This document shows, one piece after another, positions 10,301 to 18,900 of a stretch of 64,000 bases of DNA. The notes below the pieces were generated by a model. That model was not told the DNA's origin and did not search any database. It saw only the letters and a list, made by a program, of their open reading frames with translations. Within the stretch, counting starts at the first letter, position 1. Each line of letters opens with the position of its first letter. This DNA is from Kiritimatiellia bacterium (GTDB lineage: Bacteria > Verrucomicrobiota > Kiritimatiellia > UBA8416 > JABMPJ01). The stretch is from positions 3,462 through 67,461 of the forward strand of contig JASLOA010000004.1 in NCBI GenBank assembly GCA_030745755.1, in the 5' to 3' direction. The translations under genes and the position numbers were made by a program.

Positions 10301-12284
10301 CAAACCCGAGGGTAAGGGCGAACAGGCGATCTTTGATTTCGGATGTTCGGCGGACGACTGCCTCGTATTGAAGATAGCTGGCAACGGGAAACCTGAGCTG
10401 GTTGCGACTGTTGGTGGAGAGACGGTTTTGACGCTGGCCGGCAAGATGCCGCTCGCCACGGGCGCGTGGGCCAACCTGCGCGTTGAGATTGACGGCAAGA
10501 AGGCTGTGTTGTGGGTGGATGGCAAGAAGGCTAACGAGAAATCGACGACCTTCAGGCCGTGCGACGTGTTCCCGGGCGGAGGCGTGAAACGCAACACCAT
10601 CGCGGCAGCACGTGACGGCAAGCACCACTTCGCCGGTGTGCTGGATCAGGTGGTCATCTACCATGCCGTGCACGCAGACTATGCAGGACTTCCAGAGCCC
10701 ACCCTCGATTCACCCGTGCGCCCGACTCCGGATTACATTGCTGCGTTGGCAGAAAAGTACGGCAATCTGAAGGCTCTGAATGCCAAGGCCCGCGCAATGG
10801 AAGGGGAGCTGATGGCTCCGTACAGGGAAATGGAGAAGCAATCCAAGGCTCGCCAGCAGGAGATCATGGATCGCTCCCCTGAGTATGTTCAGGCGGTCGC
10901 TGATCAGAAGGCGGCAGAAGAGGCCCTTGAGCAGCGAAAGCGTGAATTGACCAAAGCGTTCGACAAGCTTCCTGAAAACATAGAAATGCAGAAGAAGATC
11001 AGCGATGCCCGCGCGAAGAATGATGCGCTGCGCAACAAGATCAATGCTCTTGAGCGCAAGGCCTTTGAGCCCGATGAGCAGCTGGTTGCGCTTAAGAAAC
11101 AGCGGGACGAAGCAGAGACGACGCGCCGAGCCGTTGAGCAGGAACTGAGGAAGGAATTCGACAAACGGCCAAAGACTGTTGAGGCGCGCGCCGAGATCGA
11201 TCCGCTGCGCAAGCAGGCGAACGCGTTGAGGTCAGAGGTGCAGAAGCTGGAGAAGGATGCAATGCAGGCAGACGAGGAGCTCCAGCAATTGCGCGCGAAG
11301 CGCGCCAAGTGTGAGGCCGATCGGGGCGCGCGTCAAAAGGTTCTGAGACCTGAGTTTGATGCCGGCGAGGATGCTGCGGAGTTGGCAGGTAAGGCTGATG
11401 ATGCGCGCGAACGGCGACACAACAACGAACTGACCAAGGAGGAGCGCGACAAGGCTGCGAGGGAAGAAGACGCCCTTCGCCGCAAGTGGAATGAGATGTG
11501 GCATGGCTTCTTGAGGGCCGACGCGACCTACAATGGGGCTGATCGAGCTCGGAGCGAATTGAACAGGCCGATCCACGAGCGGGAAACATCGGCTCGCGAA
11601 GGTGTCCGCAAGAACAGCGAGGTCGCGCGGAATTACGATAAACTGAACAACAAGGTGAGAGAGCTGGATGACCAACTGCGCAGGAAGTTCGATCTGGAGC
11701 TCAACAACAATGAGCGATATGCCGCAGCTCAGGCCAGTCGGATCCAGAGCGACCAGGCGATCCGCAATCGACAGGAGGACTTGCGTGCGGATCTGAGAGT
11801 ATCGGCGCCGATCTATCGTGAGCAGAAGAGGGCTGAGCAGCGGCTGCGCAATGCTGAGCAGGAACTACGCGGAACACGCGAGTTGGTTGTGGGCAAGGGC
11901 GCTGTCGACCTCGAGCGGAAGGTCGGCGAGACAAAGGGCGCAGTGGTCGAGGCGGAGAAGGTCGCGTGGAAGGCGTACGGCCCCGAGCGGGGGTGGCTCT
12001 ACAGCTTCAACAACCAGGGCTATCGAGGATACTACAATACGGCCTACAACCACTACCTTGGCGGTCACGCCAAGGCTATTGTTGGTGGCGGCGAGATGCG
12101 CGAGGACACCAACTTCCTTGAGGCATTGGCGAAGGCCGTCTCAGGCGATGATCCTGGCTGGCGTACCAAAGTTGACTGGGATTGGCGTGTGAGAGAGGAG
12201 ATCGATGGCAGCATCGCCGATGCGCCCCTGATGAGGAAATGGCTCGAACGCGTGCGCGGCCCGGTGATGATGGAGAAGCCATGA
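7302..12284 (+). CDS. Giant secreted DUF6055/Svx-AvrXca-like zincin: SHD1-like + PA14 + HEWGH + hexapeptide repeat + LamG + coiled coil
   Basis: Signal peptide; PA14 (IRGYLYPPASGEFTFVFAADD..LEKGKRYYIEV); HEWGH at 8682-8696; HPNGGGWV..VAPTAYVGPNAMVLD; LamG (IFDFG..LWVDG..FAGVLDQV); about 400-aa E/K/R/A-rich helix. Confidence 0.8.
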   Translation: MHKAVLTVISLLACQAAIAAGYDFYANTVYPGANLRPDVDLYEVKKSGGGDPLAYERREVDWWPRKGVDIIAVKKGMPLRTWTLRAGPLKTISAGEVKPVLEEMETLEAKQNCGDRFFRRIRGYLYPPASGEFTFVFAADDQGSLFLSTDEKPENKKRIAWNPVWAKHRRWNMFPSQTSDKITLEKGKRYYIEVVHQEQSFGDHVSVGWKGPSIDAITIIDGEFLSGLDGKRGKIVAERKTTPVLGKRQAWSAPGQFEAHLIGFRGMGNTMTSKFGGGDGGPREPGVVLRLPDGRKRFFGTGSFSEQDKTYIMDLYVKEMTRIKKGLVKREYIKRPNAKFPDSAKPGEPGTTHVESEHVVWMSGSQAGSDDDPWMNELEPEKAQWYRDGSIECAEYFWALNEYAGHLMPFWDHTKLHKYQITVPGTKRDGYLVIPGYAGGGYGGCGIKGAGGGPWAGALFHEWGHGARPAPQGIGSGEALADTYQTFPDPGNMKGNHHIARPWRNVFNGDGGYGFTVFYNMTGEDPNWGYGGFAAMPFGEAECVFMTMARTGEQRGMFKDGIRGFGDTVGEYGARLTTFDCELEDSYRRTYFAPTRNWLETVDADKRIYRIPLEEASEPFGINITRLVADEQAGRIVVDFSGLHDPELYSDWRACIIAVSADGTRRYSPMWSKGKMSLRLEPGDLSHWLSVAATPTALYAAKSGGRRGGVDKRKLYSGRHSYRYPWSVQLTGARPGSPRECRADMDDADLLYKVVDSIPAPHDKPAGARLLKKLKALRAALDEERDKPGLTDAQSYTVMNVYGDVQTEIDRMSKGARHPNGGGWVQATATVAPTAYVGPNAMVLDGAHVLDNAIIDEFGVVMGTAVVSGHARVCGQGVVRDKATVGGYSRVWQTLKGEDAAKLMPKRPGAKDVHEFGLWANYAMDRGDSTILEDWYRFAFSADRGYAADLTPVLNGYLYGKPEFVADGEHLGFRFDGKRQHGELCPRVADLGAITVNISLKPEGKGEQAIFDFGCSADDCLVLKIAGNGKPELVATVGGETVLTLAGKMPLATGAWANLRVEIDGKKAVLWVDGKKANEKSTTFRPCDVFPGGGVKRNTIAAARDGKHHFAGVLDQVVIYHAVHADYAGLPEPTLDSPVRPTPDYIAALAEKYGNLKALNAKARAMEGELMAPYREMEKQSKARQQEIMDRSPEYVQAVADQKAAEEALEQRKRELTKAFDKLPENIEMQKKISDARAKNDALRNKINALERKAFEPDEQLVALKKQRDEAETTRRAVEQELRKEFDKRPKTVEARAEIDPLRKQANALRSEVQKLEKDAMQADEELQQLRAKRAKCEADRGARQKVLRPEFDAGEDAAELAGKADDARERRHNNELTKEERDKAAREEDALRRKWNEMWHGFLRADATYNGADRARSELNRPIHERETSAREGVRKNSEVARNYDKLNNKVRELDDQLRRKFDLELNNNERYAAAQASRIQSDQAIRNRQEDLRADLRVSAPIYREQKRAEQRLRNAEQELRGTRELVVGKGAVDLERKVGETKGAVVEAEKVAWKAYGPERGWLYSFNNQGYRGYYNTAYNHYLGGHAKAIVGGGEMREDTNFLEALAKAVSGDDPGWRTKVDWDWRVREEIDGSIADAPLMRKWLERVRGPVMMEKP

Positions 12285-12303
12285 AAGAGTAGAAATGGGG
12301 AAT

Positions 12304-12389
12304 CGGTTAACGAGAACGGCGACGAGAACGGATTACGAGTAGGGACTCCCTCAATCGTCCACCATTCTCGTCGCCGCTCTCGTTCACCG
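12304..12389 (+). repeat. ~86-bp palindromic intergenic element, copy 1
   Basis: CGGTTAACGAGAACGGCGACGAGAACGGATTACGA...AATCGTCCACCATTCTCGTCGCCGCTCTCGTTCACCG. Confidence 0.85.
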
Positions 12390-12420
12390 CAGTCGACAGG
12401 CAAATGAGGGAAATAACACC

Positions 12421-13395
12421 ATGAAGGCACGAACAGCAAAAGCCGCATCGCTCGCGTTGCTTCTCGCATGCAGCACCGTGCGTGCCGATGACGCGGCGGG
12501 AATGAAGAGGCTGGCGGCAGGGGACTGGACGGTGCCGGGCATCGAGCTGGAGATGAAGCGGATACCGGCCGGCAGTTTCACGATGGGTAGTCCCAAGAGC
12601 GAAGCGCATCGGCGCGATGATGAGGTCCAGCACAGGGTCGAGATATCGAAGCCGTTCTACATGGGCGTCTACGAAGTTACCCAGGGCCAGTTCTACAAAC
12701 TGATGATGCCGAAGGATTACGACTACAAGGCGTGGCAGTACAAGCGCGGCCCTGTCGCCGACGGCGCAGCCTATCATTTTCGGCCGCGGCCCCATGGCAT
12801 CATGTTCAACGACAGCTCCGTGGGCGGCCCGGTGCAGTTGCAGTATCCCATGGAATGCATTAGCTGGGAACGGTCGCGTGAGTTCTGCCGGAAGCTCACG
12901 GAGACCGAGCGCAAGGCTGGACGCCTGCCGGAAGGCTATGTCTACAGGCTGCCTACCGAGGCGGAATGGGAATACGCCTGTCGTGCAGGCACCAAGGGTC
13001 CCTACAATGTTGATAGTGACCCTGCAAACATCAAGAGCTTGAAGAAGTTTGCGTTCTATGGCGGCAACAACTGGTGGCAGACGCGTACCAGTAAGTGCGG
13101 CGACCATCGCCTGCCCAATGCGTGGGGTTTATACGACATGCATGGCAATGTGTACGAGTGGTGCCTTGACTGGTATGGCGCGTATCCTTCAGCCACCTCA
13201 CCGCAGGCGGACCCGACAGGTCCGGCGGAAGGCAAGGAGAAGGTCGTGCGTGGCGGGTGTTTCTACCTGGACGACGACAATGCACACATGTTCCTGCGTT
13301 CGGCGAGCCGCTATTCAGTGCCGCCGGACGTCGACTTCTACGGTATCGTCGGCATGCGCCTTGTGCTTGCGCCAGTTGTCGCGGGGGCAAACTGA
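12421..13395 (+). CDS. Secreted FGE-sulfatase/SUMF1-fold protein
   Basis: IPAGSFTMGSP, EVTQ, RLPTEAEWEYACRAG, PNAWGLYDMHGNVYEW, VVRGG, GMRLV. Confidence 0.92.
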   Translation: MKARTAKAASLALLLACSTVRADDAAGMKRLAAGDWTVPGIELEMKRIPAGSFTMGSPKSEAHRRDDEVQHRVEISKPFYMGVYEVTQGQFYKLMMPKDYDYKAWQYKRGPVADGAAYHFRPRPHGIMFNDSSVGGPVQLQYPMECISWERSREFCRKLTETERKAGRLPEGYVYRLPTEAEWEYACRAGTKGPYNVDSDPANIKSLKKFAFYGGNNWWQTRTSKCGDHRLPNAWGLYDMHGNVYEWCLDWYGAYPSATSPQADPTGPAEGKEKVVRGGCFYLDDDNAHMFLRSASRYSVPPDVDFYGIVGMRLVLAPVVAGAN

Positions 13396-13688
13396 AAATA
13401 TCAAGTCTAGTGCAGTCGCGCACACGTCACCGACCCTCGCGCCAATATCGCGGAGGATCTGATCTCCCTGATCGAGGGCCGCATCGTAGGCCACCAACGC
13501 GAGCGCGCCGAAGCTTCTGCGTGAACGCCGGAGGGCCCTGTTGAGATGCCGGATGAGGATCTCACAGGTACAGTTCTTCAGTCACTATCGTTGAGAGCTC
13601 AACAGGGGTAAATGCTCCTCCAAGCATGTGGGGAGGCCGGCAGGCCAAGCCGCCGGTGAAGGGGGCGTGTGACATGGACGCTGGAAGG

Positions 13689-14993
13689 TCAGAGGAGCCA
13701 CTTCCAGGCTGGGATTGCGGCTATCTGAGTGCCGTCGTACTCCAGAGTCTTCTCTTCGTTCCGGGTAACGACGACGGCTTCCGGGATTCCAAAGAACCGG
13801 ACGGCGGCGGCCAATGGGGCGACTTCTCGCTCCACGGTTTCCGGTGACGACAGGTCGCTGCAGACCTGGACGGCGAGGGCCGGGTTGCCCCGATTGTCCA
13901 CGGCAATGAAGTCGACTTCCTGGCGTTTCGACCGCGTCAGATAGTAGTACAGACGGTCAAAAGAACGCCTCAGGTGCAGATAGACCAAGTTCTCCAAGGC
14001 TCTTGCGAACGAACCATCCCACACGTTGCTGTTTCGAACTGCCAGCGCCCAGTCGATACAGTAGACCTTCTTGTAGTTGCGCTCCTGTTCCTTCTGCGAA
14101 TGTGAGTAGATCGGTACCGAGCACATCAACCAGGCATCCTCTGCCCAGCGCAAGTAGTCCCGAACCGAATCGCGACTCGTCGCATGTCCGGCTTGCTTCA
14201 GATGGACATAGGCGCTCTGGAGCGTGTGCGGCTTGGCAATATTGGACAGCAGATGCCGATAGAGCTGCGTGCAGTGCATCGGCTTGCTGACGTTATACCG
14301 TTGAATCACATCGCGCAGGATCATGGTGTCAAAATACTCGCGCAGCAGCGCCTCGCGAAGGGGCTCATCAGCCAACACCACGGCGGGATACGCACCCCAT
14401 GCCAGGTAGGCATCGAACAGGCGAGCGGCCTCTGCTTGACCCTTGGTTGATGCCGGTGAATGCTTGAAGCCGCGGAAATTGAGAAACTCCTTGAACGAGA
14501 GCGGATAGACCGTGGAGGAGACGGACTTTCCTCGCAGCTCGGTGGCAATCTCATCCCGCAACAGCTTCGATGATGACCCGGTGACAATCACCTTCCAGTT
14601 CGGGTTGCGGGAGAGGTCAATCACATAGGACTCCCACCCTTGGATCTTATGGATCTCGTCCAGGACAAAGACCGCGGGTGTCTTTAGATCACACTCCGGC
14701 GTGGCTTCCAGGAAGACGCTCTGAATCTGCCGCAGTTCTGAGGCCTCGAGTGCTCCCAGAATCGGGTTGTCGAAATCGACAGGACAAACATGGCGAGTGT
14801 CAGGAAGGGCGCCTTGGGCAATCAAGTCGTCGGCCACTTGAAGTGAGCGGAAGCTCTTGCCCGCCCGACGGGCGCCGACAATCGTCGACACCATGCGGTC
14901 CGCGAGATGCACGGGCGCTTCGCGTGGAACGTACTCAGGTATGCCAAGCTCCCTGAAGTCCGCGATCTTGCGATGTATCTCTTCCTTGATCAT
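13689..14993 (-). CDS. AAA_14 ATPase with DUF4143 (wHTH/PD-(D/E)xK-like) C-terminus
   Basis: GARRAGKS Walker A, LDEIH, VTGSSSKLL..ELRG, YPLSFKEF, KKVYCID, ENLVY, EVDFI..AVQVC. Confidence 0.9.
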   Translation of the reverse strand: MIKEEIHRKIADFRELGIPEYVPREAPVHLADRMVSTIVGARRAGKSFRSLQVADDLIAQGALPDTRHVCPVDFDNPILGALEASELRQIQSVFLEATPECDLKTPAVFVLDEIHKIQGWESYVIDLSRNPNWKVIVTGSSSKLLRDEIATELRGKSVSSTVYPLSFKEFLNFRGFKHSPASTKGQAEAARLFDAYLAWGAYPAVVLADEPLREALLREYFDTMILRDVIQRYNVSKPMHCTQLYRHLLSNIAKPHTLQSAYVHLKQAGHATSRDSVRDYLRWAEDAWLMCSVPIYSHSQKEQERNYKKVYCIDWALAVRNSNVWDGSFARALENLVYLHLRRSFDRLYYYLTRSKRQEVDFIAVDNRGNPALAVQVCSDLSSPETVEREVAPLAAAVRFFGIPEAVVVTRNEEKTLEYDGTQIAAIPAWKWLL

Positions 14994-15186
14994 GGCGCCT
15001 TTCCTTATTTGCGGCGTATAATAAGTCGGTACATGCTGGGTTGCGGCTATATATTAGTCGCAACGTGGCGCCGTTGTCAACCGGAGAGCGTGGCGAAAAC
15101 GCGCGAGCCCTTTTTTCTTGCTATCAGGAACTATTCATCTTCTCTCCCCGGGGACGGGTCGGGAGGCGGCGTTATCACGCATCGTG

Positions 15187-15375
15187 TCGGAATGTCGCCA
15201 ACTGGTGAGCGAACGGGTCCCCTATGGGCTTGCCCTGCGCCTCGGTGAAGCTCTGGCTCGTTGGTTCTAATTTCCATGATGTCGGGAATGTACCGTTAAT
15301 CACGGAGCTGACCCCCTTGTTGCATGCAGCGGGATGGAGCTATCGTTTGCTTCTAATCCTAAGTGAGGAGTCACT
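15187..15375 (+). promoter_or_regulatory. Partial copy of promoter module (rightward half)
   Basis: 15279-15378 matches 6351-6449; 15197-15256 matches 45121-45181; site GTCGGGAATGTACCGTT at 15281-15297. Confidence 0.75.
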
Positions 15376-15684
15376 ATGGTCATGCGAGTTCGCAGGCAAA
15401 TCGGTGCTGTGGGAGTCACGCTGCATCTCACCGCCATGCTGCCTTCGGTCGCGACGACGGACGGAGCCGGGCAGCAAGCGGCAGCGACGATATCGACACC
15501 AACACCCCACGCCGTCACACCGGCACCCAGGATTGACGGGTGGTGGTTCGCTCTACAGGCCGAAAGCATCGACCTGATGAAGAAGGGCCGCGAGATCTTG
15601 ACTGAAGCCATCATGCCTGAGCAGAAGAGAATGCTCGGAACAGATGGTGACGCGGCTTCGGGCGATGGCGACGTTCAGGAGTGA
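15376..15684 (+). pseudogene. Internally deleted copy of GDSL esterase 6447..7268
   Basis: N-terminal ~70 aa and C-terminal ~30 aa match the GDSL gene; 513 bp (171 aa) removed in frame between AGAAGGG repeats (6652-6658 / 7165-7171 in the parent); 273-171=102 aa. Confidence 0.9.
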
Positions 15685-15717
15685 TCGAATTCCAGAAGCA
15701 TCCACCACGGAGAATCC

Positions 15718-15819
15718 ATGCATAAGGCTGTGTTGATCGTTATCTCTCTGTTGGCGTGCCAGGCTGCGATCGCGGCGGATTATGATTTCTACGCCAACAC
15801 GATGTACCCGGGAGCGTAG
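15718..15819 (+). pseudogene. 5' stub of DUF6055 giant gene 7302..12284
   Basis: MHKAVLIVISLLACQAAIAADYDFYANTMYPGA* vs parent MHKAVLTVISLLACQAAIAAGYDFYANTVYPGA. Confidence 0.9.
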
Positions 15820-15834
15820 GGCAAGAGGGGGTCG

Positions 15835-15949
15835 ATATTCTGCATTGGCCCAGACAGGCACTGAAGCGTGCCATCGACGGTGCATAGGGAGAGAGCGCCG
15901 CGTGCGGCAACAAGACCATCGAATATGGGCGGCGAGGGAAGGGCGTGCG
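15835..15949 (-). pseudogene. 3' stub of PQQ propeller gene 3148..6183
   Basis: HALPSPPIFDGLVAARGALSLCTVDGTLQCLSGPM vs parent HALASPPVFDGLAAARGALYLCTVDGTLLCLSGPM (30/35 identical by hand count). Confidence 0.9.
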
Positions 15950-15951
15950 GG

Positions 15952-18900
15952 TCACCGCCCAGCCCTGCCGTCGCCTGCCCCCTGTGCCGCCCGCTCAAGC
16001 TCTGCGGCCGTGCGCGGATAGTCATAGGCCTTCAGGTCAGCGATAGCACCTTTGAACATGTACTTCGCGCCTTCCGTGGGGTTCAGCATGCCTCCGATGG
16101 TCATCGGGTAGCCGCCGATGGTGTCCATTGTGGCAAAGTCGCTCTTCCCATCCAGTTTGCCATCGCGGTACACGCGCACCTCGGTCCGCGCGCCGCCGTC
16201 GTAGACCCATGCCAGGTGCGTCCACTTGCCTGTCACATCGCGATTGGTGTTCCAGGCGACTCCGGCTCGGCTCGGCTTCACGAGTGCCTTCCTCTGCCTT
16301 CCGCCGAATCCGAGCGATACATGGCGCCGCGCGACTTCCTTGTTCATTGCGAATAGCCTGGCGTCACCGTCCTCGTCGCAATAGGCCCACATCTCGATGG
16401 TGAACGGATGGTCGTCGGTCAGCCCTTTGGGCAACGTGATGTCAGACTGAAGCATCGCCTTGCCGTTGAACACAACGGCCTTGCGCCCGCCAAGCGTCTT
16501 CACTTCCGCGCTGCGATCGATATCAACCGACATCCCGAACTGGCCGTTCAGCTTGCCGGTGTTCTCAATACGCCCAATCGCCTCACCATCCCTGGCATTT
16601 CCGACGTTGATGGCCACCTGCAGGTTCCGCGTGGCAGCGCTCTCGCCGGCCGTGAGCTTCTTGATGTCGCCAGCGCTCAACGCCTTGTCGAAGATGCGTA
16701 GCTCACGCAAGATGCCGTACTCCCCCGCATCACCAATGGTGAGCCTGCCCGCACGCGCAATACCGTAATCCACCTTCTCCTCTCGGAGCAAACGGCCGTC
16801 CCGGTAGAGCTTCGCTATGCCATTCTCATACGTAACGGCAAACTTCATCCACTGGCATACCAGTCCCGCATTGCCGATTGGGTAGTTGAACGACTTCTCT
16901 CCGCGTCCTCTATTCCCTTGCTTTCCCCATTCTAGGCAGGGGCGGCCGGACGCGCCGGACAACACAATACCTGTGCTATCGGGTGCCTCGCCCCACGACA
17001 CAATCCGTTGTTCGGCGGCGCCGTATCTGCTGCCGAAATCATAGTAGATGGTGAACGGACCGTTCGTCAGGCAATCCGGCGCAGCGAACGAAGATTCAAG
17101 CCTCAGGCCCTTTGCGAGCTGGACGCCGGTCCGTCCCCGGAACTCCTGGGCCGTCAGCGCAAACGTGGTACCAAGCGTCGCCGGCACGAATGTGCCGCCA
17201 GCCTTGCCCCTGTTATTCCATGCGGCAAGCTTACCGTCGGACAGCTGATCGGCCTCCAAGTCCAGGATGACACCTTCACGGGTAGTGAAAGACCACAGTG
17301 GGCCATTGCCTGCACGCCAGTAGTAGACCTTGCCCGGTGCCAGCTCAGGCCTGAACTCGCCGGGCGCGAACACTCCCACAGGCTTTACTGCATTCGGTGC
17401 ATCGCCAAGATAGACCTGCTCCTTGTCACCACCAGCTAATCCTTTGCCCCAGCTCAAAGCCGGACGCCGACTCGCAACCGCCATACCACGATCTGCCGGC
17501 ACCGGCTTGTGCGGCACGGCGATGAAATCATTCCTGCTGTTCTCGGCCAGTTGCTCGGCAGTCAGCGCAAGCTGATGCACGCGCAGCACGGCTATCGCGC
17601 CATTGAATGACTTGCGCCAGTTCCAGCGCTGTCTGTCATAGTGCCCGCCGAGATGCAGGTAGTCACCATCGTCGGCCCACAACACGCCATCCTGCTCGCC
17701 CACCTTCTGGCCGTTGCGGTAGATCTCGGTCTTGCCCGAGACCCGTGCCGAGTCGGTCATCCGCTTGCCCTTCTTCGCCTCACCCTTGAAGACCATGGCC
17801 ATATGCTGCCACCCCGGCTGCAGGTGCGCCGCGCCGAGCTGGAAGCTCTTGCCCCACTCGAGGACGACCTCGTCACTCGACTGAGCGTCAGAGTAGACCC
17901 AGGCTTCGAGCGTCCCGCTGACCGGACCTTCAGCAGCGGCACTGCCCTTGGCATCGATCACGCCGATCATCCTGTCCATACCGTCGAAGTATGGCGCCGG
18001 TATGCCTGCGACGTCCTGGAACTTGGGCGCACTGCCGGAATAGTGCCAGAAGCTGTGGATATCGTTGTGAATCCGGCCCTGCAGCGTGCCGTGGTTGGCA
18101 GCGCTCCGTAGCCACGGCTTGTTCATGCGTTTTGAGTAGAGCGGACGATGATACTCGGCGCCAACTTCACTGAGGAACCGCGTGTCGATGTCGACATAGA
18201 GCTTCCCACCCACATGCGGGGGAACGCGCCGCTGGTAGAAGGCGAGTTCGTCCGCAAAATGGTTTTCCACCTGCTCGTGATCGATGTCGTAGTTGTAGGC
18301 GCGGACATGCGCGACTGCGCCTTTGAAGCCGCCGACAACCTGCCCGTCGGTAACACCGCCGCCAACGAACATGCGCACGTTAGGCTTCAGCGCCAGCTTG
18401 TGCTTGGCGCGCTGGATCTCCTTCCCATCAACGTAGATCAGGAACTTACCTTCGGTATCATCCAACCCGCCGCTCTCGAACACCCAGGCCACGTGATGCC
18501 AGCCGTCAGCAAGCGCAACGCCAGATACCTCACCGGAAATCCCCGCGTTGAGCTGGTAGGCAATCGTATTGGGTCCCACTTTGAGCCGGGCGCCCTCTGA
18601 GTCCGGCCCCCAACCGAGAATAGTCTGTGTGCCATCAGCTTCCGGACCGCAGTTGACCCACAGTTCGACCGACCACTCGCGGTTGTCCTGGAAGCCCTGC
18701 TTCGTGTCCAGGTTCCAGAGCATGGCATCATCGCCATCAAAGAGAACCGCCGTGACCCCGTCAATCGTCTCAAGGCTGGGGTCGCCGAGATTCTCGAATG
18801 CACCTGTGGACTCGGGATCTCTGACAGGGCGCGTGGTCCCGTCAGGCAGGTCCTGTATATTCACCAGGCCGCCGCGATTCTCCCAACGCGTCACGGTGTC

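Noticed and set aside
10740-11970. SMC or phage tape-measure protein
   Set aside because: The coiled coil is part of a secreted multidomain protein; no Walker motifs or phage genes nearby.
13420-13525. Possible gene tail HVTDPRANIAEDLISLIEGRIVGHQRERAEASA*
   Set aside because: Too short to assign to a family without a search.
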